Positions 4,043 to 11,612 of a DNA stretch of 12,251 nucleotides are shown here, piece by piece. Origin of the DNA: an uncultured Thermus sp. (GTDB taxonomy: Bacteria > Deinococcota > Deinococci > Deinococcales > Thermaceae); assembly GCA_947085095.1 (NCBI GenBank), contig CAMTVD010000036.1, positions 1 through 12,251 on the forward strand, read 5' to 3'. Made by a program: the position numbers and the translations under genes. Below the pieces are notes generated by a model. The model did no database searches and was not told where the DNA came from. It worked only from the letters and a program-made list of their open reading frames with translations. Every line of letters begins with the position of its first letter. Positions within the stretch are counted from its first letter, which is position 1.

Positions 4043-6975
4043 ACGCTATCTACCGCCTCCAGGTCATCATGGAGATGCTGGACCGGGCCTCCGGCCCCGC
4101 CCGGATGATGACCGCGCACCTCCAGGCCATAGAGCGGGCCTCCCTCATGGCCTCTACGGGGCTGGAGCGCCTGCAGACCGCCGCCACCCTGGCGGGGGCG
4201 GGGGCGGCGCTGGCGGCCCCCCTCGTCCTCGCCACCCGGGCGGCCATGCAGTTTGAGGACGCCTGGGCCGATGTGCGCAAGGTGGTGGACGCCTCCCCCC
4301 GGGTCCTCACGGAGCTTCAGCGGGAGCTCCTGGGCCTCTCCCGCTCCATCCCCCTCTCCACCACCGAGCTCACCCGAATCGCCGCCGCCGCCGGGCAGGC
4401 GGGTATCGCCGTGGGGGAGCTCATCCCCTTCACCCGGGACGCGGCAATGGTGGCCACGGCCTTCGGCCTGGACGCCTTCACCGCCGGGGACGCCCTGGCC
4501 AAGCTAAGGAACATCCTGGGCCTCACCCAGCCCCAGGTGATGGGCGTGGCCGACGCCATCAACCACCTCAGCAACAACATGGCGGCCACCGCGGGGGAGA
4601 TCCTGGAGGTGGTGCGCCGGGTGGGCGGCACCGGGAAGCTCCTGGGCCTCACGGGCCAGCAGGTGGCGGCCCTCTCCGCCTCCTTCCTGGCCCTGGGCAC
4701 CGCCCCCGAGGTGGCGGCCACCGGCCTCAACGCCCTCTTCCAGCGCCTGGCCACCGCGCCCAGCCAGCCCAAGGCCTTCCAGGAGGCCTTGGCCCGACTG
4801 GGCCTCACCGCCCAGGGGCTCCAGGCGGCCCTGAGGCGGGACGCCGCCGGGGCCATCACCGACATCCTCTCCCGCCTCCAGGCCGTCCCCGACCAGCTCA
4901 CCGTCCTCTCCGACCTCTTTGGCATGGAGTACGCCGACGACATCGCCAAGCTGGTGGGGTCCCTGGACACCCTCCGCCGGGCGATGGGCCTGGTGGCGGA
5001 CCCCACCCAGTACGCGGGGAGCGCCCTGCAGGAGTTCCGGAACCGTTCCGCCACCCTGCAGAACCAGCTCACCCTGCTCCGAAACGCCCTGGAGCGCCTC
5101 TGGATCACCATCGGCAACGAGCTCCTGCCCATCGTCACCCCCCTGGTGGAGCGCCTCACCGGCTTCGTCGGCCGGGTCACGGACCTCCTGGACCGCTTTC
5201 CCCTCCTGAGGCGGGGGGCGATCCTGGTCGCCGCCGTCCTGGGCGGGCTCCTGGTGGTGGGAGGGGCCCTGCTGGCCGTCCTGGGGGCCCTGGGCTTCGC
5301 CCTGGCCCAGGCCCGGCTGGGCCTGTTGGCCCTCCAGGGGGCCGCGGGGAACGCCCTCCGGGCCCTCCGCCTCCTCTCCCTGGGCCTGGCCCTCGTGAAG
5401 GGGCAGGCCGCCGCCCTGGGGCCCCTGGGCCTCCTGCGGGCGGGGCTCATCGGGCTGAGGGGGGCGGCGCTGGGCGCGGGCCGGGCCCTCCTCTTCCTGG
5501 GCAGGGCCATGCTCCTCAACCCCCTGGGCCTTCTCCTCGCCGGACTCACCGCCCTGGGCTTCTTCCTCTACCGGGCCTGGCAGGCCTCGGAGAGCTTCCG
5601 CAGTAGCGTCCTGGGTACCCTGGAGTCCCTCAAAGGCTCCTTCGCCCCCGTGGTGGCGGAGGTGAGGAGGCTCGTCCAGGGCATCGCCACCGCCTTCGCC
5701 CCGGTGCGGGACGGGATCCAGCGAGCCTTCCTGGGGGCCATGCCCGCCGTGGACGGGTTCCTCTACTGGCTGGCCTTCGGCTTCGGCTTCGTCTTCGGCC
5801 TCCTCCAGGGCCTGGTGGAGCGCCTGGCCCCGGTCTTCGGGGAGGGGCTGGCCGGGGTGGTGCGGGTGGTCCGAGGCGTGGTGGACACGGTGGTGGGCCT
5901 CCTGACCCTGGACCTTGACCGGGCCAGGCAGGGGGCCCTCCGGGTCTGGGAGGGGCTGAAGGCGGTCCTCTCGGTGCCCATCCGGGTGGGGGGGATTCTG
6001 GTGGACGCCGCCCTCCACGCCCTCACCCGCCTCTGGCAGGCGGCCAGCGAGCGCTTCCCCGCCCTGGCCCGGCTGGGGGAGGCCCTGTCCCGGGGCTGGC
6101 AGGAGCTGGTGGCGGCCGCCCGGGCGGCCTTCATGGCCTTGCAGACCGCGGTCCTGGCCGGGGTGAACGCCCTCAAGGCCCTCTTCCAGGGGGACTTCCA
6201 GGCCGCCCTGGGCTTCGCCCGTTTAGGATGGACCGCCCTGAAGGGCCTCCTCTCCGTTCCCCTGAAGCTGGCCGGGGTGGCCTGGGACGCCCTCAGGAGC
6301 GGGCTGGAGGCGGCCCTGGCCTGGGTGCGGGGCCTGGCGGCCCGGATGGTGGAGGCGGGGAAGGCCCTGGTCCAGGGCCTGGTGGAGGGCATCCGGAGCC
6401 TGGCGATGGCCCCGGTGCGGGCGGTGGAGAACCTGGCCTCCTCCGTCTGGGAGGGCATCCGCAAGAAACTGGGCATCCGCTCCCCCTCCCGGGTCATGGC
6501 CCACCTGGGGGCGATGGCGGCCCTGGGCCTGGCGGTGGGGCTTCAGGAGATGACCCCCCGGGTGGCCCGGGAGGCGGAGGCCCTGGCCCAGGCGGCCGTC
6601 CCCCGGGTGGAAGCCCCGGCCCTCGAGGCGGTGATGGGGGTGGTGGCCCAGGTGCCCGAGGTGCCGGTACCCGAGGCGTCCCGGCTTCCCGAGGCGGTGC
6701 TTCCCGTGCGGGTGGCGATGCCCGAGGTGCGGCCGCCGGCCCTGGAGGCGGTGATGGGGGTGGTGGCCCAGGTGCCCGAGGTGCCGGTTCCCGAGGCCCC
6801 CCGGCTTCCCGAGGCCCAGTCCCCCTCCAGGAACGCCCAGCCTGAGGCCCCCAGGGCCCAGGCGGGGGTCCAGCAGGTGATTCGCATAGAGCGCCTGGAG
6901 CTCCCTGGGGTGCGGGACGCCGAAGCCTTCCTGGAAGAGCTGAAGAAGCTCTTCCTACCCTACCTGGAGGCCTGA
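4039..6975 (+). CDS. Phage tail tape measure protein (TP901-family core), 978 aa
   Basis: Long Ala/Leu/Gly-rich helical protein with core motifs FEDAWADVRKV, ADAINHLSNNMAATA, APEVAATGLN and LFGMEY, a central hydrophobic segment (LLNPLGLLLAG), Trp-spaced repeats and the LGIRSPSRVM motif. Confidence 0.95.
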   Translation: MNAIYRLQVIMEMLDRASGPARMMTAHLQAIERASLMASTGLERLQTAATLAGAGAALAAPLVLATRAAMQFEDAWADVRKVVDASPRVLTELQRELLGLSRSIPLSTTELTRIAAAAGQAGIAVGELIPFTRDAAMVATAFGLDAFTAGDALAKLRNILGLTQPQVMGVADAINHLSNNMAATAGEILEVVRRVGGTGKLLGLTGQQVAALSASFLALGTAPEVAATGLNALFQRLATAPSQPKAFQEALARLGLTAQGLQAALRRDAAGAITDILSRLQAVPDQLTVLSDLFGMEYADDIAKLVGSLDTLRRAMGLVADPTQYAGSALQEFRNRSATLQNQLTLLRNALERLWITIGNELLPIVTPLVERLTGFVGRVTDLLDRFPLLRRGAILVAAVLGGLLVVGGALLAVLGALGFALAQARLGLLALQGAAGNALRALRLLSLGLALVKGQAAALGPLGLLRAGLIGLRGAALGAGRALLFLGRAMLLNPLGLLLAGLTALGFFLYRAWQASESFRSSVLGTLESLKGSFAPVVAEVRRLVQGIATAFAPVRDGIQRAFLGAMPAVDGFLYWLAFGFGFVFGLLQGLVERLAPVFGEGLAGVVRVVRGVVDTVVGLLTLDLDRARQGALRVWEGLKAVLSVPIRVGGILVDAALHALTRLWQAASERFPALARLGEALSRGWQELVAAARAAFMALQTAVLAGVNALKALFQGDFQAALGFARLGWTALKGLLSVPLKLAGVAWDALRSGLEAALAWVRGLAARMVEAGKALVQGLVEGIRSLAMAPVRAVENLASSVWEGIRKKLGIRSPSRVMAHLGAMAALGLAVGLQEMTPRVAREAEALAQAAVPRVEAPALEAVMGVVAQVPEVPVPEASRLPEAVLPVRVAMPEVRPPALEAVMGVVAQVPEVPVPEAPRLPEAQSPSRNAQPEAPRAQAGVQQVIRIERLELPGVRDAEAFLEELKKLFLPYLEA
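6616..6815 (+). repeat. Intragenic direct repeat: two 80-bp copies (6616-6695, 6736-6815) at a 120-bp period
   Basis: Copies align with 4 mismatches in 80 nt and encode PALEAVMGVVAQVPEVPVPEA[S/P]RLPEA twice. Confidence 0.92.
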
Positions 6976-6976
6976 G

Positions 6977-7570
6977 ATGCCCTACCTGCGCTTCGCCACG
7001 GGAGACCGGCTCCGCCTGGACGGGGAGGAGATGCCCGGGGTGGTGGTGGGCCTGGAGGTGGAGGGGGAGAACTCCATAGAGTCCCTACCCCGAGAGAACC
7101 GGGCCGGGGACGTGCACGTGATGCGGGGCTACCGCGACTTTCGGGTGCGGGTCCACATCCGTCTGGCGGGGCGGGACGCCTACGCGGAGGCCAGGAAGCT
7201 GCACGCCAAGTTCGCCAAGTCCAAGGATGAACCCCTCCGGGTGGTCCACCCCCACCTGGCGGCCCGGGGGGTGGAGCGGGCCCTCTTCGCCCGCCTCACC
7301 ACCCAGGAGCTGGGAGGGGAGGAAGGGCTGATGGCGGTGCTGGAGCTCACCCAGGTGGAGCCCCGGGAGGCCCTGAAGGAGGCCAACGCCCAGGAGGCCC
7401 AGGCCCTCCAGAAGACCGCCGCCCAGGGCCCCGTGGCTGGCCCCCCTCCCGGATCGGCCCAGGCCCAGAGAAACGCCCAAGCCCAGAAGCCCCCCCAGCC
7501 CCCCCGGGCCCTCCAGGCCTTCCTGGGCGGGCAGAAGGCGGGCTACGGCCTCGCGGGAGGTGGAAGGTGA
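6977..7570 (+). CDS. Phage tail protein, probable tube-initiator (P2 gpU / Mu gp43-like position), 197 aa
   Basis: Begins 1 nt after the tape-measure stop and has host-like GC3 bias. The beta-rich N-terminal ~130 aa (PLRVVHPHLAARGV) is followed by a Gln/Ala/Pro low-complexity tail. Function is inferred from position. Confidence 0.65.
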   Translation: MPYLRFATGDRLRLDGEEMPGVVVGLEVEGENSIESLPRENRAGDVHVMRGYRDFRVRVHIRLAGRDAYAEARKLHAKFAKSKDEPLRVVHPHLAARGVERALFARLTTQELGGEEGLMAVLELTQVEPREALKEANAQEAQALQKTAAQGPVAGPPPGSAQAQRNAQAQKPPQPPRALQAFLGGQKAGYGLAGGGR

Positions 7571-8289
7571 GGGAGCTCTTCCACCTGCCCCGGCCCCGCA
7601 CCCCGGAGGGGGTACCCGCCTCCGTGGAGGTCCTGGAGAGCCCCCACGTCCCCTGGCGGACGGGGGTGGTGCGGGGGTTGGAAAGGGCCCCCTCCCAGCT
7701 GGAGGTGGGCTGGCACCCCGCCCCCAAGGCCCCGCCCGTGTGGGAAGCCCTCCTCACCGCCCCCGAGCCCCGGGCCCACCCCACCCCCCAGGAGCATTGG
7801 CTCTGGGGCCTCCCCGAGTGGCGGAAGCCCGTGGGCCCTCAGGGTTTCCAGGACGTCCGGCTGGAGGAGGTTCTGGCCTGGGTCCAGGGGGCCTGCGGGG
7901 GGAAGGTTCAGATCAAGAGCCGGGGAGAGCCCAAACACCACTACGCCCTCCCCCGGGTCCCCGCCTGGGAGGCCGTCCGCCACGCCCTCCAGGCCTGGGG
8001 GAAGGAGGACGTCCTCCACGAGCTGGACGGCGGGGTCCTCTACATCGGCCCCCTCGTGGAGAGCCCCCACTACCCGGTGCGCCACCGGGTGAGGGAGCCC
8101 GTGGCCGTGGCCCGGTCTGGGGTGGGGGAGCTCGTCTACCTCCTCCTGCCCCCCTTCCCCCAGCTCCGCCTCTACCACCGCCTGGAGGTGGACCACTTCG
8201 CCTTCCGGGGCGCCCTCCTGGTGGTGGAGCACCGCCTCCACCTCTCGGGGGAGGCGGCCCGGCACGAGGTCTACGGGAGGCCCCTATGA
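7567..8289 (+). CDS. Probable baseplate hub protein (P2 gpD / Mu gp44-like position), 240 aa
   Basis: GTGA overlap with the previous gene and ATGA overlap with the next; strong GC3 bias in this frame. Segments FQDVRLEEVLAWV, DGGVLYIGP and VVEHRLHL fit a hub layout. Function is positional. Confidence 0.6.
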   Translation: MRELFHLPRPRTPEGVPASVEVLESPHVPWRTGVVRGLERAPSQLEVGWHPAPKAPPVWEALLTAPEPRAHPTPQEHWLWGLPEWRKPVGPQGFQDVRLEEVLAWVQGACGGKVQIKSRGEPKHHYALPRVPAWEAVRHALQAWGKEDVLHELDGGVLYIGPLVESPHYPVRHRVREPVAVARSGVGELVYLLLPPFPQLRLYHRLEVDHFAFRGALLVVEHRLHLSGEAARHEVYGRPL

Positions 8290-8933
8290 CGGCCAAGGCC
8301 CTGCACGCCGCCCTGCGGAGGCTGATAGAGGCCCTCTGGCCCGAGCTCGCCAGCCGCACCCACCTCCCCCACAAGGCCCGGGTGGTGGCGGTGCGGGGGG
8401 AGGGGGGGGTGGCGGGGCCCCCGGGCCCCGTGCGCTACAGCGTGGACCTGGAGCCCCTGACCCCTGACGGCCGTCCCGACCCCAGCCGCCCCTTCCTCCG
8501 GGACGTCCCCCTGGACGTGCCCTGGATGGGGGAGGGGAGGGGGGTCTACGCCCTGCCGGAGGTGGGGGCCCTGGTACGGGTGGCCTACTACGAGGGCAAC
8601 CCCGCCTACCCCTACGTGGACGGGGTCCTCTCCGAGGGGAAGGGGGTGGCGCGGGTGGAGCCCGGGGAGTACCTGGTGCAGAAGGACCCCCATACCTGGG
8701 TGCGCCTCCGCCCCGACGGGGAGGTCCACGTCCAGGCGGCTCCCGGGGTGCACCTCCGCCTCCGGCCCGACGGCACCGTGGAGCTCCACGGCGCGGCGGT
8801 GGTGAAGGTGGACGCCCCCCGGGTGGAGCTCGCCGGGGGCGGCCCCCCCGTGGCCCGGGTGGGGGACCTGGTGCAGGTGGGGAGCGCCGTGGGGCAGATC
8901 ATCTCGGGCTCCAGCAGGGTCTATTCGGGGTGA
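8286..8933 (+). CDS. Baseplate spike (gpV/gp45-like) with OB-fold, beta-repeats and PAAR-like C-terminus, 215 aa
   Basis: ATG at 8286 overlaps the upstream stop. GVYALPEVGALVRVAYYEGNPAYPYV is the gpV/gp5 OB-fold signature, and the protein ends in PPVARVGD...GQIISGSSRV. The ORF-track extension back to 7560 is a spurious Pro/Gly/Arg shadow. Confidence 0.85.
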   Translation: MTAKALHAALRRLIEALWPELASRTHLPHKARVVAVRGEGGVAGPPGPVRYSVDLEPLTPDGRPDPSRPFLRDVPLDVPWMGEGRGVYALPEVGALVRVAYYEGNPAYPYVDGVLSEGKGVARVEPGEYLVQKDPHTWVRLRPDGEVHVQAAPGVHLRLRPDGTVELHGAAVVKVDAPRVELAGGGPPVARVGDLVQVGSAVGQIISGSSRVYSG

Positions 8934-8936
8934 GGT

Positions 8937-9302
8937 ATGTACCGGGACTGGCTCTGGAAAGACGGCGACTTTCGCTTCACCCCCAGGGGGGATGCGGCCC
9001 TGGCCGAAGGGCTCGCCGTGGTGCGCCAGGACCTCCTGGCCCGGCTCATCTCCCCCCGGGGAAGCCACTGGGCCTTCCCCCTGGAGGGGTCCGACCTCCT
9101 GGACTACGTGCAGGCGGCGCTGGACGAGCTCACCCGCACCGAGGTGCTGCAGGAGGCGGAGCGCACCCTCCTGGAGGACGCCCGGGTGCTGGAGACCTCC
9201 GGGGAGTGGACGGAAGACGGCCTCCGCCTCACCGCCCGCCTCACGGAGGAGGCCCTCACCCTCCTCCTCCCCTGGCCGCTGGAGGTGGTCCGTGGCCGAT
9301 GA
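8937..9302 (+). CDS. Baseplate wedge / sheath-initiator protein (gp25 / gpW / Mu gp46-like), 121 aa
   Basis: SD GAGGT just upstream; lies between spike and baseplate J. Pattern QDLLARLISPRGSHWAFPLEGS...LLEDARV is typical of gp25-like proteins. Confidence 0.8.
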   Translation: MYRDWLWKDGDFRFTPRGDAALAEGLAVVRQDLLARLISPRGSHWAFPLEGSDLLDYVQAALDELTRTEVLQEAERTLLEDARVLETSGEWTEDGLRLTARLTEEALTLLLPWPLEVVRGR

Positions 9303-10332
9303 CCTGATCCCCCCTATCCCCACCCTGGAGGAAGAGGTGGCCCGCCTCCTGGGCTTCCTCCCCGAGGGCTTCCCCGTGCGGGACCCGGACGCCATGTCCG
9401 CCTTCGGCACCTACCTGCGCCTCGCCGCCCAGGCGGCCCTGGAGGCCAGGGCCTTCGCCCGGGCCCTGGCCCCAGAGCTCCTGGTCACCCGGGCCACAGG
9501 GGCCTGGCTGGATGAGCACGCCCGGGGGATGGGCCTGGAGCGCAAGCGGGCCCGGGGGGCGAGGCTTCGCCTGCGCTGCCGGGCCACGGCCTCGGGCACC
9601 TTCCCCCCGGGGGCCCTGGTGGGGGTGGGGGACCTGCGCTACCGGGTGGAGGGGCCCTACGGCCCGGATGCGGAGGTGGAGGCGGTGAGCGAGGGGGTGG
9701 GGGCCCGGTACTCCCTGCCCTTGGGGGCGGTCCTCTACCCGGTCACCGTGGTGCCGGGGTTAGAGGTCCTGGAGGTGCTGGGGGTCCTGGAGGAGGGCCA
9801 GGACGAGGAGACCGACGAGGAGCTCCGCCAAAGGCTCCTCCTGGCCTGGCCCGCCCTGGGCAGGGGGAGCACCTACCACGCCTACATGAGCTGGGCCCTG
9901 GAGGTGCCCGAGGTGCGGAAGGTGGTGGTCCTGGACGACCACCCCCGGGGCCAGGGCACCGTGGACGTGGTCATCGCCCCCGCCCGGGGCCTCCCCAGCC
10001 CCGAGCTCCTCGCCCGGGTCCAGGCCCTGGTGGAGGAGCGCCGCCCCCTCACGGTGAACGCCCTGGTCCGGGCCCCCACCCCCGTCCCCCTGGACCTTTC
10101 CCTGCGCCTCCACCGCCTGCCCGGGAGCGCCCCCCTGGAGGAGTGGCGCACCCGGGTCCTGGACTTCATCCACAGCCTGGGCATCGGGGAGACCTTCTGG
10201 CCCTCTCGCCTCGCGGACCACCTCCACAACTTCGGGGGGCTGGAGGCGGCGGAGCTCCTGAGCCCCACGGGCCCGGTCCGCGTCCGGAGGGACGAGCTCC
10301 TGGTGCCCGGCGAGGTGACCGTCTATGAGTGA
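9292..10332 (+). CDS. Baseplate J / gp47 family protein, 346 aa
   Basis: GTG start at 9292 with SD GGAGGT (9281-9286). Motifs ATGAWLDEHA, GQDEETDEELRQRL, STYHAYMSWALEVPEV, PRGQGTVDVVI and RPLTVNALV. Confidence 0.93.
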   Translation: MADDLIPPIPTLEEEVARLLGFLPEGFPVRDPDAMSAFGTYLRLAAQAALEARAFARALAPELLVTRATGAWLDEHARGMGLERKRARGARLRLRCRATASGTFPPGALVGVGDLRYRVEGPYGPDAEVEAVSEGVGARYSLPLGAVLYPVTVVPGLEVLEVLGVLEEGQDEETDEELRQRLLLAWPALGRGSTYHAYMSWALEVPEVRKVVVLDDHPRGQGTVDVVIAPARGLPSPELLARVQALVEERRPLTVNALVRAPTPVPLDLSLRLHRLPGSAPLEEWRTRVLDFIHSLGIGETFWPSRLADHLHNFGGLEAAELLSPTGPVRVRRDELLVPGEVTVYE

Positions 10333-11017
10333 CCTGAAGGAAGCCCTCTACGAGCACCTCCTCTCCCTCCTGCCCCCGGGGCGCTACCCCCGGGAGGGCG
10401 GGGCGGCGGACGGGATGGTGCGGGCCCTGGCCGCCGAGGAGGCCCACCTGGTGGAGGAGGCCCTTTCCCTCTTCCGCCAGGCCCTGCCCCAGTACGCCGA
10501 GGGGCGGGCCCTGGAGGAGGTGGCCCGGGGGCGGGGCCTTCGCCGCTTCCCCCCCGACGAGCCCGACGAGTGGCTGAGGCAAAGGACGGTAGGGGCGGTC
10601 CTCTACTGGCTCCGAGCCGGCACCCGGCCCGGGATGGAGGCGGAGCTGGCCCGGTTGGGCTTCCAGGCCGAAGTGGTGGAGGGGCGCCCCCCCGCCTGGG
10701 CGGAGTTCCTGCTCAGAATAAACCCCCAGGGGCCCTTCACCTCGAGGGAGCGGGACCTTCTCATGCGGGCGGTGCGGGAGCTGAAGCCCGCCCACGCGGT
10801 TCTGAGTCGGATAGAGCTTTGGCTCTCTGCCCTGCGGCGGCTCCGCCTCCGGACGAGCGCCCTGACCCAGGTCTGGGACCTGGGGCGGTTCGGGGAGTGG
10901 CTCTTTGGGGAGGTCGTGGCCGTGGCCAGCCTCCAGCGCCACGGCCTCGCCTCGTGGATAGAGAGCAGGAACACGCGTTGGGAGGTCTTTGATGGCAGCC
11001 TGGACTTTGCCGGATAG
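10325..11017 (+). CDS. Baseplate wedge protein (P2 gpI / Mu gp48 / DUF2313-like), 230 aa; possibly truncated by a frameshift
   Basis: Directly follows and overlaps gene J; SD GAGGTG upstream. Motifs LLPPGRY, AEGRALEEVARGRGL, EPDEWLRQR, AGTRPGM and ELKPAH. Confidence 0.82.
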   Translation: MSDLKEALYEHLLSLLPPGRYPREGGAADGMVRALAAEEAHLVEEALSLFRQALPQYAEGRALEEVARGRGLRRFPPDEPDEWLRQRTVGAVLYWLRAGTRPGMEAELARLGFQAEVVEGRPPAWAEFLLRINPQGPFTSRERDLLMRAVRELKPAHAVLSRIELWLSALRRLRLRTSALTQVWDLGRFGEWLFGEVVAVASLQRHGLASWIESRNTRWEVFDGSLDFAG

Positions 11018-11264
11018 TCCCTCCCCCAGGCGCACCTTCGGCCCCGTGCCCCGGCGGAACACCCTGGGGCGGGGGGCGGCGGTGTGCCGGGGGAGGCTGG
11101 GGACCGGGGCGGAGGAGCGCCGGGTCTACGGCCCGCCCCTGGACGGGTGGGCCTTTGAGGGGGGTCTGCCCCTGATGGCGTCCCACCGCCTGGGGCTGGG
11201 GTGGGAGGCGGGGGAGCGTTCCCTCCGGTCCCCGGTCTTTGACGGAGAGGGGGTGCAGTTCTGA
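10992..11264 (+). CDS. Small ORF or frameshifted C-terminal continuation of the gpI-like gene (~90 aa)
   Basis: Fills the only gap in the operon, has high GC3 from ~11019, and its TGA overlaps the next ATG (TGATG 11262-11266). GGAGGT lies at 10981-10986 before ATG 10992. Contains LDGW/FDG motifs like the end of the upstream protein. Confidence 0.55.
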   Translation: MAAWTLPDSPSPRRTFGPVPRRNTLGRGAAVCRGRLGTGAEERRVYGPPLDGWAFEGGLPLMASHRLGLGWEAGERSLRSPVFDGEGVQF

Positions 11265-11602
11265 TGTTCACGGCGTACGCGAAGCAGGAGCTTCTGAGGG
11301 CGCTTTCGGAGATGGTCCGGGAGGCGGGCTGGGGCACCTCGGGGGCCGCAAACGCCTCCGGGCTCACGAACCCCGTCTACACGAACCTCATCGCGAAGCA
11401 GGTGGTAGGGGGGGAGCTCGTCCTGGAATACGCCCTGGCCTGGGAGGGGACGGGCACCAGGACCCTTCGGGAGATCGGGCTCTTCGGGCGGGACCAGAAC
11501 GGGAACCGGGTCATGCTCTACCGCCGGACCCGGGACCCCATCACCCTGGAGCCCGGCATCACGGTCATAGACCGGCTCACCGTGCGGCTGGAGGACCTGT
11601 AG
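11264..11602 (+). CDS. Stand-alone tail-fibre collar/attachment domain protein (DUF3751 / P2 gpH N-terminus-like), 112 aa
   Basis: TLREIGLF...GNRVMLYRRT motif and position between the gpI-like gene and the fibre; SD-like GGAGAGGGGG upstream. Confidence 0.65.
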   Translation: MFTAYAKQELLRALSEMVREAGWGTSGAANASGLTNPVYTNLIAKQVVGGELVLEYALAWEGTGTRTLREIGLFGRDQNGNRVMLYRRTRDPITLEPGITVIDRLTVRLEDL

Positions 11603-11612
11603 GAGGTGTGGG

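Noticed and set aside
6616..6815. Repeat-spacer-repeat pattern as a CRISPR array or DGR template/variable repeat pair
   Set aside because: Only two 80-bp in-frame copies inside a CDS; mismatches are not adenine-specific; no cas or reverse transcriptase gene in the window.
7560..8285. 457-aa version of the spike ORF starting at 7560
   Set aside because: The extension is Pro/Gly/Arg-rich off-frame translation overlapping the real 7567-8289 gene; ATG 8286 has a coupled ATGA start.
8992..9291. Upstream extension of baseplate J, and the 8930-9307 ORF
   Set aside because: Both overlap the gp25-like gene in other frames; J has its own SD and GTG at 9292.
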